Origin: Deltaproteobacteria bacterium
GTDB taxonomy: Bacteria > Myxococcota_A > UBA9160 > UBA6930
Assembly (NCBI GenBank): GCA_019312665.1
Contig: JAFDCZ010000012.1
Location: 6,615 to 70,614, forward strand
DNA: 64,000 nucleotides
Direction: 5' to 3'
The notes beneath the pieces were generated by a model that saw nothing but the letters and a program-made list of their open reading frames with translations, had not been told where the DNA came from and did no database searches. Shown one piece after another: positions 27,581 through 37,863 of this stretch. Within the stretch, counting starts at the first letter, position 1; each line of letters begins with the position of its first letter. Made by a program: the position numbers and the translations under genes.

Positions 27581-28785
27581 GCCGGCAGCTCTTCGTCGTA
27601 GAGGACGACGTCGACATCGGCGCCCTCGGGCATGCCTTCCAGCTCGCGCGGAACGATCACCGCGCCCGCTGCACGGACGGTCGACGACAAGATGGATGCG
27701 CCCGACGTTCCGATCGGAGCGACGCGACCCTCTTCGATCGCAACCCGCACGTAATCCGTCCTTCCGATGGCCGAGACGATCTTGCGGGCGAGAGGGAGTC
27801 GCACACGACGATGGGGCCAGGCGCCACTCCGGCCCCCGAGCCGGCGAAGGGTCGGCCCCGCGAAGAACTCGTACGCACACAGGCAGCTCACGGGGTTTCC
27901 CGGAAGCAGGAAGACGAAGCGTTCGCCGGTGCCGTCTACAGCCGGTAGCCGGCCAACACCTGCCGGGCTCGACGGACGCATCGAGACCCCGTGGAAATCG
28001 AGCTTTCCGAGCTCGGCCACCAACCGCGGAGCGTGGTCTTCTTTGCCGACGGAGCTTCCGCCGGAAACCAGCAAGACTTCAGCCGGTGCCGTTGCCAGAA
28101 GATCCGTGATCACCTCCGGGCGATCGGGAAGGATGACGTGGGGAAGCAGTACGGCTCCGTCTCGCTCCGCCAGCGCGCCCAGCACCACCGAATTGCTGTC
28201 GACGATATGCGGGCCCTCGGGCCGACTCCCGGGCGGCAGGAGTTCGTCGCCCGTGATCACCAGCTGCGCGCGCGGACGGCGCACACAGGCAACCTCAGGG
28301 ACACCGATCGACGACAGCAGCCCCGCGTCCTGCGGCCGCAAGCGTCGGCCCGCGCGGAGAACCATCGCACCCGCGCGAATGTCTTCACCCGGCGCACCGA
28401 CGTGCTTATGCGGAGCGACGGCTTCGGCCAGGCGCAAGCTGCCTTCGGTCTCCTCGCAAACCTCGGCCATCACGACGGCGTCCGCGCCTTTGGGCAAGGG
28501 CGCACCGGTCATGATGCGCACGGCTTGACCCGTTTCGACGGTTCCCGCAAAGGGCCGGCCGGGCATCGACTCCCCCACCAGCAACAGGCGCAGCGGGTCA
28601 TACTCCGACGCTCCGAACGTATCCTCCCCGCGGACCGCGTAGCCATCCATGGCCGAACGGGCGAACCCCGGGACATCCACCTCCGCACGCACGTCCTCCG
28701 CCAGCACGCGCCCAACGCTCACGAGGAGTCCGACGGGTTCAGCCGTCCACGTCCGCTCGCTCGGCGAACCCGCGCATGCGCACAT
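27577..28785 (-). CDS. moeA: MoeA family molybdopterin metal transferase (second copy)
   Basis: The product has GRVLAEDV, SAMDGYAV, VSGGSSVGKED and LPGNPVS motifs. Confidence 0.85.
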   Translation of the reverse strand: MCACAGSPSERTWTAEPVGLLVSVGRVLAEDVRAEVDVPGFARSAMDGYAVRGEDTFGASEYDPLRLLLVGESMPGRPFAGTVETGQAVRIMTGAPLPKGADAVVMAEVCEETEGSLRLAEAVAPHKHVGAPGEDIRAGAMVLRAGRRLRPQDAGLLSSIGVPEVACVRRPRAQLVITGDELLPPGSRPEGPHIVDSNSVVLGALAERDGAVLLPHVILPDRPEVITDLLATAPAEVLLVSGGSSVGKEDHAPRLVAELGKLDFHGVSMRPSSPAGVGRLPAVDGTGERFVFLLPGNPVSCLCAYEFFAGPTLRRLGGRSGAWPHRRVRLPLARKIVSAIGRTDYVRVAIEEGRVAPIGTSGASILSSTVRAAGAVIVPRELEGMPEGADVDVVLYDEELPA

Positions 28786-28912
28786 CGCGTGTCTTCAACT
28801 CGTTCGCGCTCCGCCCCGGGAAACCCCCGACGAGAGAGCCTCCCAGCTGAAAATGGGAACGGGCAGGAGGGAGAGCCCGCCTGCCCGTTCTCGAAAGATG
28901 AAAGCCGTGGGC

Positions 28913-30646
28913 TCAGCCAGAGGCCTTCGCGGTGAACAACTCCTCCTGAGCCGGCATCCGCTTGAAGACGGCCTGGATGATCTCGGCCGGCACATCGAAC
29001 ACCACCTTTGCACCCTCGGCACCGACGGCATCCTGCCCGAGGCAATCCGCCATCTTGTCATCGGCGGCGGTGAAGCCAGCCTGCCGGTTGAACTCCCACT
29101 CGTCCTCGAGCACCTGCCAACCCTGGTCGTGAATCGTCTCCCGGCTCACTTCCTCGCCGTACAACGCACCGTAGAAAGCGCGGATGTCATCCAGGCTCGG
29201 CTGGAGGAACTGGCAGAAGCCAGATGAATCGCAGACCGTGTTGACGATCTGCACCTTCTGGCTCTCCCAGGCGTATTGCTCCGGCGCCAGGCCCGGGTTC
29301 ACGATCAGACCCGCGGTGTGGTCCGCCCCCATCGGGCTCGTGCAGTAGGAAACGCCGGTGGCCTTCAGCGGACGCGGATCCCAGGCCGGAATGGCCTGGC
29401 CCTTGGCCTCGGGCACACGGTGATGGCCGGTGAACTTCCCGGCCGCGACCGCGCCGTTGCCCACGGCGTTGCCACGCTCGGTACCCTCGGGAATCTCGGC
29501 GATCAGCTTGCGCATCTCGTCCGCATCGCCCCACTCCATCTGGCCCGCGTCCATCAGGATGGCGATGGCGGCGCCGGTCTCGATGGTATCGAGGCCCACC
29601 TCGTCACAGAGCCGGTCCATGTCCGCAACATCTTCCCAGCTTGCTACCGCGCAGTTGGCGCCGAGCAGGGTGAGCGTCTCGAACTCGAGAGCCGATGTCT
29701 TGTACTCGCCCTGGGCATCGTTGACGATGTTCGAGCACTTCACGATGCATCCGGTCATGCAGTTGTGCATGGTGCCGCCGCGCGTCTCGAAGCTCTCGAC
29801 GATCCGTGCGCCGTCCAGGGTCGCCGCGTCGGGGCTCTGCCCGTCGACGCGGTTCTTGTAGGGGAAGGTGTGCAGCATGTTCGCGATCGGCACGATGGAG
29901 CTCGTACCCGTCTTGAACATCTGCGGGCCCTCGAGGTAACCCTTCGTGTAATCCTTGCAGAGGGCGCCGAAGGCCTTGCGATCGCTCGGCTGCCGGGCAG
30001 ATGTCTTGCCGGGATCCACCGCCACGTACTTGAGGCCCTTCGAGCCCATCACCGCACCCAGACCGCCGCGCGCGGCATGGCGTGCCGGGTAGCGGTTGTC
30101 CTGGTCTGTGGTTGCGACGGAGGCTCCCGTCAGGCGCGCCTCACCGGCCGGTCCACAGGTGATGAAGGAGGCCGTCGCCGGATACTGCCCGTGAAGATCC
30201 TCGCAGAGGGCGTAATTCCATTTGCCCTTGTGGTCGTCGGCGGCGACGATCTTGACGCCGTCGCCGTTCACTTCGAGGGCGTAGCGCTTCTCGGCGTCGG
30301 CAGGCTGGCCCTTCACGATGATGCCGCGGTAGCCGAGCTTCATCAGATGCTGGCCGGGCTGGCCGCCGGTATTCGCCTCCTTGATGCCCCCGGTCAGCGG
30401 GCTCTTGCCGCCAATCGAGATGCGGCCGGAGGTCGGAGCCGCCGTGCCTGCCAGCACACCCGGCGCCATCACCAACACGTTGTCCGGCCCGAGCGGGTCG
30501 CAGCTGGGATCACATTCCTTGAGGAGGATCTTCGCGGAGAGACCGCGGCCTCCGAGCAACTTCCACTCGTCGGGGAAGTCACGGACATCGATGGACTGGT
30601 CGGTCATGTCCACGTAGATCAACTTGTCGCCTGTGGGGCCACTCAT
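28913..30646 (-). CDS. aor: Aldehyde:ferredoxin oxidoreductase family (tungstopterin enzyme)
   Basis: The N-terminal AOR_N pattern is present (IYVDMTDQSI..., GGRGLSAKIL, GKSPLTGG). A C-terminal AFOR domain is present and the product is 577 aa. Confidence 0.9.
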   Translation of the reverse strand: MSGPTGDKLIYVDMTDQSIDVRDFPDEWKLLGGRGLSAKILLKECDPSCDPLGPDNVLVMAPGVLAGTAAPTSGRISIGGKSPLTGGIKEANTGGQPGQHLMKLGYRGIIVKGQPADAEKRYALEVNGDGVKIVAADDHKGKWNYALCEDLHGQYPATASFITCGPAGEARLTGASVATTDQDNRYPARHAARGGLGAVMGSKGLKYVAVDPGKTSARQPSDRKAFGALCKDYTKGYLEGPQMFKTGTSSIVPIANMLHTFPYKNRVDGQSPDAATLDGARIVESFETRGGTMHNCMTGCIVKCSNIVNDAQGEYKTSALEFETLTLLGANCAVASWEDVADMDRLCDEVGLDTIETGAAIAILMDAGQMEWGDADEMRKLIAEIPEGTERGNAVGNGAVAAGKFTGHHRVPEAKGQAIPAWDPRPLKATGVSYCTSPMGADHTAGLIVNPGLAPEQYAWESQKVQIVNTVCDSSGFCQFLQPSLDDIRAFYGALYGEEVSRETIHDQGWQVLEDEWEFNRQAGFTAADDKMADCLGQDAVGAEGAKVVFDVPAEIIQAVFKRMPAQEELFTAKASG

Positions 30647-30703
30647 CAGAGGTCTCCTAGAATCGTCCTGGTTGAGAAGGAAAAGGGTGTACGGGACGGG
30701 CAG

Positions 30704-30976
30704 CTAGCCGCCCGCGATTGCGGCGAGAACCTCGACCTCGTCTTTGGACGAGACCGGGGTGCGCAGCGCAGCATCCGAATCGAGTTGGTCGCCGTTGAGG
30801 AACAGCTTCGCGAACCGTTGAACGGCGCCGTCTTGGTCCACCACGAGAGGCAAGAAGCCCGGAAACTTGTGATCGACCGCCTCGAGGCACTCGATGACGC
30901 TCCCGCCGTCCACATCGACCTCGGTCGTCCCCTGGGTGGGGCCCCGGTACGGAGGCGGAATGATGACCTTGGGCAT
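30704..30976 (-). CDS. MoaD/ThiS-family ubiquitin-like sulfur carrier
   Basis: The 90-aa product ends in a C-terminal Gly-Gly (AAIAGG). The gene is first in the AOR/MoeA operon. Confidence 0.7.
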   Translation of the reverse strand: MPKVIIPPPYRGPTQGTTEVDVDGGSVIECLEAVDHKFPGFLPLVVDQDGAVQRFAKLFLNGDQLDSDAALRTPVSSKDEVEVLAAIAGG

Positions 30977-31110
30977 GAACTCCTCGGGGCCTGGCGCGGA
31001 TCTCTGCCGGCCGCGGCCCGGGGTGAAGGGAGCGCGATGATAGCGTTCCTGATGGGGCCCGGGGCTGGCTGGGCCGCTTTGGCCCCCAGGCCAACCGGTA
31101 GACTGGGAGG

Positions 31111-32031
31111 ATGGCCCGACCCGTGCTGCGTTACCTGCTTTCGGTGCTCCTTCTCAGTGTTTCCGTGGGTGCCCTGGCCGATGGCCATCCTCGACGGGGC
31201 GCTCTCATTCGTCCGCTGCAGGACCGATTGGGCCAGGCCGACCTGATCGTCGTGGCCGACATCGTGGCCCTCTCCCCAGGTCGGATCGAGGTGGCCGTCG
31301 TGAGCCCACTGGCCGGGGCCGCGCCAGACCGGTTCGAGGTCAAGCGTCGCCGCTCCAGCCCCCCGCCCCTGGCGGTGGACGACCGGGCGCTACTCCTCCT
31401 TCGTGGTGCCCGGGCCCCTTACGTCCTGGTGGATGAGCCGGCAGAAACGATTCGCCTGGTCGGAGCCCCCGGGGAAAAAACCTGGACCGAAGCCGTCCAG
31501 GCAGTGCTGGCCCACCGTGACGATCCCTCGACCTTGGCCGTTCGCATGCTTGGCTGGATCGACGACGGACCCGCCGCGTTGCGCGACACAGCCCTCGTCT
31601 CACTACTCCCGCTGTTGGAGGCTTCGGAGGGCCTTCGCGATGAGGTGGCATTGGAGCGCGCCGCGGCGGCGGCGCGCTCGGAGCTTCCGGACGAGGCCCG
31701 AGCGATCTCGGCCCAGCTCGCCGGGAGAAGCAAACACGGAATGGATCAACTGGTCGCCGAGCTTTCCCGCGCGGAAGATCTGGAAGCAACCTCCCTGGCA
31801 TTGGCCGTCCGCTTCGGCAGCCTGCGCGACCACCCGGAACTGGCCGCCCTGTATCACCGAGCCCTGCGCTCGAACGATCCCGAGCTGCGTCGGGTCGCCG
31901 CCCAGGATGCCAACGCAGCCCTGCACGTCGGCGAATCCGCAATGAGCGCACTCACCCGAATCGCAGCCGACGACCCCGACGAGCTCGTCCGGAAGGCAGC
32001 CCGAAACAGCCTCAACCGCCTGCACCCTTGA
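31111..32031 (+). CDS. Secreted hypothetical protein with HEAT-like repeats
   Basis: The product has a signal peptide (LLSVLLLSVSVGALA). Its C-terminal Ala/Leu-rich helical repeats end with DDPDELVRKAARNSL. Confidence 0.4.
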   Translation: MARPVLRYLLSVLLLSVSVGALADGHPRRGALIRPLQDRLGQADLIVVADIVALSPGRIEVAVVSPLAGAAPDRFEVKRRRSSPPPLAVDDRALLLLRGARAPYVLVDEPAETIRLVGAPGEKTWTEAVQAVLAHRDDPSTLAVRMLGWIDDGPAALRDTALVSLLPLLEASEGLRDEVALERAAAAARSELPDEARAISAQLAGRSKHGMDQLVAELSRAEDLEATSLALAVRFGSLRDHPELAALYHRALRSNDPELRRVAAQDANAALHVGESAMSALTRIAADDPDELVRKAARNSLNRLHP

Positions 32032-32134
32032 CCTCGAAAAACGGGCGCCCCCTGGGGGAATCGAAGTGCGGGTGCGGTTTTGAGGGTGTGGCTAGACTTC
32101 CGGATCGTCAGGCCCCGCGGACGCGGCCTGAAAA

Positions 32135-33547
32135 ATGGGTGGGGGCGGAGGCGGAGTGGCCAGCCGATTCATCATCTGTGACGGCGCCGAGCTGGCTCGC
32201 CTCTGGGCGAGGATCGGGGCGAGTGAAGCCGAGGAGCTTTTTTGGCTGCCTCGGGAGGATGAGTCGCGCGCGCGACCCCAGGGCTTTCGCGCCCTCCCGG
32301 GTGGTCTGACGGTCGAGGCGATCTCCAAGCTCGAACCGAAAGAGGGCGACGAGTTCGCACTGGTCAGCGAGGACGGCCCGTTCGTACGCGCCGCCGTTGC
32401 CGCCATCAGCAAGGCCACACCGGGCGCACCGATCCTGGTGATGTCGGATCGCCTGGATGCGGATGACATCCCAGATCATCCGTGCCTGCGACGCACCGGC
32501 CTGAGGACCCAGATTCGCGACGATGTCGATCTGGATTTCGCCCACCTCGGCAACCTTCGCCGCGTTGTCCGGCTGCGCGAACTGCTGAGCAGTCGCGAGA
32601 AGATCGGCATCCTTCTCCAGCCCGATCCGGACCCGGACGGAATTGCCGCCGGCTATGCCCTGCGCATCCTGTTGGGCCGCAAGTCACCCACGGCTCCGCT
32701 CGTCTCCTTCGGCGAGATCAAGCGCCCGGAAAATGTCGCGATGGTGCAGGCCCTGGGGCTCGACGTGCGAACGATTGCCCCCGAGGAGCTCGACGAGTTC
32801 GACGGCCTGGCCCTGATGGATGTGCAGCCCACGGTCTTCGGCGAGAACCCACCTGCCCGTGTCCTTTCGGTCGATGTCGTGATCGACCACCACCCGGAGC
32901 GCAGTGGCTACGACGCCGTCGTGAAGGACATCCGCACCAGTTACGGCGCGACATCCACGATCATGACTGAGTACCTCCAGGCCTCCGGAACAGAAATTCG
33001 CGGCAAGCTCGGCACGGCGCTGCTCTACGGCATCAAGAGCGATACCCAGCTGCTCGGTCGAGATACCAGCCCCGCCGACATGCAGGCCTTCGCCAAGCTT
33101 CACGCCTGCCACAGCCCGGCCCTGTTGCGCCGCATCGAACGGCCGGCCCTGCCGACGGACGGCCTGCGCGCGCTGGGCCGGGCACTGGCTTCGACCCGTG
33201 TCGAAGAAGGCATCCATCTGCTCGTGCTCGGGCGGGTGCGAGAAGACGTGATTCCGCAGGTGGCGGAGCTTGCACTCCAGGCCGAGGGTGCGGTGTGGGC
33301 CATTGCAGCGGGGACAGTCGGTGGCGATCTGGTCTTCTCGGTGCGCAATGTCGGCTACGTACGTGCAGCAGGCGAAGTGGTGCGCGCTGTCGTCGAAGGC
33401 CTCGGCGTGGGCGGAGGCCATCGCTCCATGGCCAAGGGCATCATCCCGCTCAAGGCCTTCCGCAAGGTCTACAAGCGCGCCGATCGCAGCACGATCCGCC
33501 GGGCCCTGCTGAAGGCCTTCACCAAGGCCATCCACGAGGACGACTGA
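32135..33547 (+). CDS. DHH family phosphoesterase (NrnA-like) with N-terminal extra domain
   Basis: The product has [13 protein letters not shown] (VIDHHP) and GGGH motifs. Confidence 0.7.
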   Translation: MGGGGGGVASRFIICDGAELARLWARIGASEAEELFWLPREDESRARPQGFRALPGGLTVEAISKLEPKEGDEFALVSEDGPFVRAAVAAISKATPGAPILVMSDRLDADDIPDHPCLRRTGLRTQIRDDVDLDFAHLGNLRRVVRLRELLSSREKIGILLQPDPDPDGIAAGYALRILLGRKSPTAPLVSFGEIKRPENVAMVQALGLDVRTIAPEELDEFDGLALMDVQPTVFGENPPARVLSVDVVIDHHPERSGYDAVVKDIRTSYGATSTIMTEYLQASGTEIRGKLGTALLYGIKSDTQLLGRDTSPADMQAFAKLHACHSPALLRRIERPALPTDGLRALGRALASTRVEEGIHLLVLGRVREDVIPQVAELALQAEGAVWAIAAGTVGGDLVFSVRNVGYVRAAGEVVRAVVEGLGVGGGHRSMAKGIIPLKAFRKVYKRADRSTIRRALLKAFTKAIHEDD

Positions 33548-33831
33548 TGGGGAGCGGGCCGCTGCCCGAGGCCGAGCTGCAAAATGCGCTCGACAGCCTC
33601 GAGGGCTGGAGTGTGGAGACCGAAAAGCTCCACAAGGAATTCCGGTTCGCGGATTTCAACCAGGCGTTCGGCTTCATGACGCGCGTCGCTCTCGTCGCCG
33701 AGAAACGAAACCACCACCCGGAGTGGTTCAACGTCTGGAACCGCGTCGTCGTCGATCTCACGACCCACGATGCCGGTGGCATCACGACGAGCGACATCGA
33801 GCTGGCGAAAGAGATGAACCGTCTGGCCTAA
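33547..33831 (+). CDS. phhB: 4a-hydroxytetrahydrobiopterin dehydratase (pterin-4-alpha-carbinolamine dehydratase)
   Basis: The 94-aa product contains LxGW...F.F.DF..AF.FM..VA..AE...HHPEW.N.WN.V. Its ATG overlaps the upstream TGA by 1 nt. Confidence 0.85.
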   Translation: MGSGPLPEAELQNALDSLEGWSVETEKLHKEFRFADFNQAFGFMTRVALVAEKRNHHPEWFNVWNRVVVDLTTHDAGGITTSDIELAKEMNRLA

Positions 33832-35333
33832 CGCCGCCTCGTGAGCCCACTGACAGACGTCATTCGCTTCACCGTCTTGTCCGGCGGCGGAGTCGCCACG
33901 TTGTCCCAGGATTCCCGGCGCCAGCTGCCGGATTCCGCCAGGTTTGCAAACGCGGCCCCGACCGAATCGATCACCTGGATCGGCCGCGCCTCGTCATCCG
34001 GCCAGCGCGGATAGCCCTCTCTGTCGTCGCTCCAACGGCCCGCGTAGAGGCCGACGTTCGTCATCTCCTCTTTGCCATCGAAGGTCGCCATGTAGAGTGG
34101 CTGCAGCGTCTGGAGATCGACGTACACCACCTGCCGGGCGTTCAGATCGCCGGTTGGATCCTTGGCTCGCATCTCGAGCACCAACGCGCGCCGCAGATCC
34201 CAGCGATCGCTGGCGAAGGAAAGCCCCCAAGGCCCGAAATCCCGATCCTCGTTCTCGGGATAGCCGGGCGCCGCCGTGTTGATCGGTGCCAGCACATCGT
34301 GCAGCCCGAGCACGACGGTCTCATACAGCAGCGGCCGGATGACCAACCCCTCGTAGCCACTGCGCTTGTTCTGGACCGTCCCGCCGACCCCGGTCACACC
34401 GCCGGCGGCGCCGATACCGGCCCCCCCGCCACCCGCGCCGACGGCGAGCTGCTGGTTCTGCACGACGCCCACCGAGAAGGAAGGCATGTAGAGCCCTTCC
34501 ACCTGGTTGGCATTCAGCCGGCGTACCCGGCGCCACTGGGGCAGATAGGCGTGGAGATCGTCGGAGCGTTTGATCTCGCGCTCATGCTTCAGGTCCCGAT
34601 ACTGACGCCAGGAGTGTTCCCGCGCATCGAACGGCTTGTAGAAAATGCCTCCGGCCACGAAGTGCTTCGAACGTGCGCCCGGGGCGACATAACCGTCTTC
34701 CACACGGTCCGCGCGATGCGCCATCTGGAATTTGAACATCTCGCCTTCGAAGGGTTCCGCTCGCCCGATCCGCCCGACCAGATCCGTCATGCGGAACTTC
34801 CCGTGAAAGCCCGCGGCCTGGTACCGGAACTCCACGTTCCACAACCATTTGTTGCCGATCTGGGGATCCTCGGAAACCAGATCTCCCACTGCGAACGGTT
34901 GGCCGGCCGTGTAGTCATCGAGGCCCCCGTCGGCGACAAGCTTGGCCTGGCCACGAAAAGCCTCGGTCGCCTCCTCGTAGAATGCGGGCGGGCCATAGTC
35001 CCTGAAGCAAGGCCCGATTTCGAGACGCATCCCGTCGAAGAAGAAGCGCTCGCGATAGGGCCACACGAAATCAGGAAGGAAATTCTTCAACACATCGAGC
35101 CGCTCGAGTTCGAAGACATCTCCCGATTGAAAGGGCAGGGCCGGGGGTGCATCCTCGGGGCTCCCGCCGGGCCCAGACACCAGGCCGCCAGCGGGCTGGC
35201 ACGCTCCCGGCGCGGGAAGGGCCCAGGGCGAAGCCGTGGCGCTCGTGTTCGGCTCGTCGGCAAGAACGGCGCCAGCCGGCCAGACAGCGAGCAGCAAGGA
35301 AATGACGAGCAGGCGTTGCAGGGATTTGCTCAT
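33828..35333 (-). CDS. Secreted DUF1329-like protein
   Basis: The ATG 35333 start gives the signal peptide [30 protein letters not shown]...[16 protein letters not shown] region resembles DUF1329. The ORF extension to 35678 looks non-coding. Confidence 0.5.
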   Translation of the reverse strand: MSKSLQRLLVISLLLAVWPAGAVLADEPNTSATASPWALPAPGACQPAGGLVSGPGGSPEDAPPALPFQSGDVFELERLDVLKNFLPDFVWPYRERFFFDGMRLEIGPCFRDYGPPAFYEEATEAFRGQAKLVADGGLDDYTAGQPFAVGDLVSEDPQIGNKWLWNVEFRYQAAGFHGKFRMTDLVGRIGRAEPFEGEMFKFQMAHRADRVEDGYVAPGARSKHFVAGGIFYKPFDAREHSWRQYRDLKHEREIKRSDDLHAYLPQWRRVRRLNANQVEGLYMPSFSVGVVQNQQLAVGAGGGGAGIGAAGGVTGVGGTVQNKRSGYEGLVIRPLLYETVVLGLHDVLAPINTAAPGYPENEDRDFGPWGLSFASDRWDLRRALVLEMRAKDPTGDLNARQVVYVDLQTLQPLYMATFDGKEEMTNVGLYAGRWSDDREGYPRWPDDEARPIQVIDSVGAAFANLAESGSWRRESWDNVATPPPDKTVKRMTSVSGLTRRR

Positions 35334-35352
35334 GGACCGGGCCTCCGGGGTT

Positions 35353-36915
35353 TCAGGAGAGAGTGAGCAGGTCGTGGCTGCCGCGCATCCGGTCGGGAAT
35401 CGTGACCCCGATCGGGCAGGAGCCCAGGCAGGGACCGCTGCAGGAGGCACAGGCCTCTGCATTCGTTTCCAGGCCGGCATAGAGGCGAAGGGCCTCCTTC
35501 TCGTTCCCGTAATCCTCGAAGTACATGCGATGGCGAAGCACGTCGTTGATCGGCACGCCTTCCGGGCAGCTCTCCAGACAGGCGCCACAATGGGGAGTGC
35601 AGTAGGTGCCGGCAATCTGTCGGTCGTACTCGCCGAGCAAAGCGAGATCACTTCCACTCGGTTGGGCGCCGGAGGCAAAGAGGTACTCGTCTACGTGTTG
35701 GAACTCGAAGAACGAAATGACGGCCGCCGAGACATCCGCATTCGAAAGCACCCACTTGAGCGCCGCCTGGCTGTAGGCCGTGGAATGCTCCCGGAAGCCG
35801 GCCAGCCCGTTGTGCCGGGCGCCCTTCAAGGTCTTCATCGCAACGATGCCCATGTCCTGCTCGCGACGGGATCTCCCGATCACTTCGGCCATGGCGGGCC
35901 AGATGCCGTGGTGATAGGCGAGCATCATCACATCGAAGCGACCGTTTTCGATCGCCGCTTCTGCGACCTGGATCAGGTTCGGCGTATGCGAGGAAAAGCC
36001 GAGGAAGCGGACCTTGCCCTCCTCCTTCAACCTGTCAAAGGCTTCGTGCATCGTCTCTGACTCGATCCGCTCCACCTCGTCGCAGCTATGCTGGTGCACG
36101 AGATCGACGTAGTCGGTCTGCAACCGACGGAGACTCTCCTCGACAACCCGTTTGTGTTCGACCACGCTGGCAAGAGGCCCAAGATGGCCCCGAGGCGTAC
36201 AGAACTTCGTGGCCAGGAAGACCTTGTCCCGTCGGCCCTTGAGCGCAGCGGCAATCGCCTGTTCGCTGCCCGTCGACGAATAATCCGGTGAAGTATCCAC
36301 GTAGTTGACGCCGCGATCGAAGGCCATGCGCACGATTTCGCTGCCCTTCTCCCCTTGCACCCGGCCGCCACCGACGACGATGTCGGAGATCTTCCAGCCG
36401 GTCCGGCCCAGCGTTCGATAGCCCTGGACGCGGCTGCCCTTCCACTCTTCCGGGTAGCTCTCGTGGGTCTTCACGACGTCACCACCGAAGATCTCGGTCG
36501 CCGTGGGGAGCCAGCCCCGGCCTTCGTTCCCGAGGCCTAACAAACCTCGCGCGGCGGCAAGGCCAGCTGCGCCACCAGTTGCCACCAACGCCGTCGCCCC
36601 GCCGGCCAGAGCGCCCGAGAGCACGCTGCGGCGGCCGGGATCCGCCTCCGCCATCTGGCTGCGAACGGCCCGCCGCATCAGCCAGAAGCTCGAGACGGCC
36701 ACGACGAGCAGGCCGAGAACCATCCAGACGACTCCGGCGACCGGGCGCGGATAGGCGATTCCGAGCGCGTCCACCGCAGCTTGGATCTGCGCACCCGCCG
36801 GGAAGGCCGCCGAGCTGAGATCGATGGCGGTCTTGTAGAGCGCGGCGCCCGACCAGCCAAAGCCGATCAGCGCCGCCAGCGCGAGCGAGACGAAGAACGC
36901 GGTACGCGGTTTCAT
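35353..36915 (-). CDS. Aldo/keto reductase with C-terminal Cys-rich (Fe-S type) domain; start ambiguous
   Basis: An AKR core is present (GVNYVDTSPDY, DLVHQHS, GFSSH). The C-terminus is CTPHCGACLESCP...CASCSGPCLGSCP. The internal ATG at 36654 would give a classical Tat signal (MAEADPGRRSVLSGALAGG). Confidence 0.75.
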   Translation of the reverse strand: MKPRTAFFVSLALAALIGFGWSGAALYKTAIDLSSAAFPAGAQIQAAVDALGIAYPRPVAGVVWMVLGLLVVAVSSFWLMRRAVRSQMAEADPGRRSVLSGALAGGATALVATGGAAGLAAARGLLGLGNEGRGWLPTATEIFGGDVVKTHESYPEEWKGSRVQGYRTLGRTGWKISDIVVGGGRVQGEKGSEIVRMAFDRGVNYVDTSPDYSSTGSEQAIAAALKGRRDKVFLATKFCTPRGHLGPLASVVEHKRVVEESLRRLQTDYVDLVHQHSCDEVERIESETMHEAFDRLKEEGKVRFLGFSSHTPNLIQVAEAAIENGRFDVMMLAYHHGIWPAMAEVIGRSRREQDMGIVAMKTLKGARHNGLAGFREHSTAYSQAALKWVLSNADVSAAVISFFEFQHVDEYLFASGAQPSGSDLALLGEYDRQIAGTYCTPHCGACLESCPEGVPINDVLRHRMYFEDYGNEKEALRLYAGLETNAEACASCSGPCLGSCPIGVTIPDRMRGSHDLLTLS

Positions 36916-36954
36916 GAACCCCCCAGAACGGTTTTGATGAGTATACGCGAGAGC

Positions 36955-37809
36955 TCAGTCGGCGGTTCCCAAACGCAGCGAAGCCGCACGTTCGGCGAGC
37001 CGCTCGACCTCGGGAGCGATGGCCTCCGGTTCCAGATCTGGAGCCATGGGGAGCACCCAATCGCAGCAGACGATCTCCCTGTGCCCGTTCGAGAGCGGAG
37101 GGGCATCCGTGTCGGAGCCGAGCAGGAACGCCACGCGAGATGGCTGCCCGGGGGCCAGGGCCTCCAGGTAGGGACCAGCGGAAACCCCAGCGCGCAGTAC
37201 GAGCCCCTGCCGACGCTCCGCGACGCGGCGCTGGGCGGCTGGCGCTTCCACCCCGATCCAGAGCGGAGGCCCGCCCGGCTGGACCGGGCGCGGGTGGATC
37301 TCCACGTTCTCGGTCGGGAAGAAGTGCCCCGGGAACTCGAGCGGCCCTCGCCAGGCCGCGGCGATCAGATCCAAGGCTTCCTCGAAGCGAGCGATGCGCT
37401 CCTCCGCGTCCACACCGAAATGCACCAATGCGCCAGGATCAGCCCCCAACCCCACGCCCAGCTCGAAACGACCGGCCGAGAGGCCATCCAGTGAGGCCGC
37501 ATCCTCGGCCACGCGCAGCGGATGATAGAAGGGCAGAGGCAGGAGGCCGCTCGCGATCCGCAACCGCTCGGTCCGCATGGCCACGGACGCGCACAGCACC
37601 AAGGCCGATGGAACCAAGGCGGCCTCGGACGTCGGGCGCTCTGCGACCCAAAGCACGTCGAAGCCCTGCGCTTCAGCCTGGGGCGCGGCCTCGAGCAGCG
37701 CCGCCAGGCGCTCACCGGCGAGAGCACCCTCCGCAAGACGAGGATCGAAGCGCAACCCGACCCGGGTTCGCGGCTCCTGGGAAACAGACTCGTTCGGGGG
37801 TTCCGCCAC
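36955..37809 (-). CDS. LLM-class (luciferase-like) flavin-dependent oxidoreductase
   Basis: The pattern GFDVLWVAE...SGGRFELGVGLG is typical of the family. The GTG 37809 start was chosen to avoid antisense overlap with the MaoC gene. Confidence 0.6.
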   Translation of the reverse strand: MAEPPNESVSQEPRTRVGLRFDPRLAEGALAGERLAALLEAAPQAEAQGFDVLWVAERPTSEAALVPSALVLCASVAMRTERLRIASGLLPLPFYHPLRVAEDAASLDGLSAGRFELGVGLGADPGALVHFGVDAEERIARFEEALDLIAAAWRGPLEFPGHFFPTENVEIHPRPVQPGGPPLWIGVEAPAAQRRVAERRQGLVLRAGVSAGPYLEALAPGQPSRVAFLLGSDTDAPPLSNGHREIVCCDWVLPMAPDLEPEAIAPEVERLAERAASLRLGTAD

Positions 37810-37863
37810 AGCCGTCAGACTAGCCGGCTTCCGCAAGCTGCCTGCTATCCTTCGGGGCCCACC

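Noticed and set aside
30977-31110. I considered a possible Moco riboswitch in the leader of the moaD-AOR operon.
   Set aside because: I could not recognise the conserved Moco-motif nucleotides or a convincing fold by eye. It would need a covariance-model scan (Rfam RF01055) to assert.
29276-31246. A 656-aa plus-strand ORF lies opposite the AOR and MoaD genes.
   Set aside because: It is antisense to a clearly identifiable aldehyde:ferredoxin oxidoreductase and has no motifs of its own.
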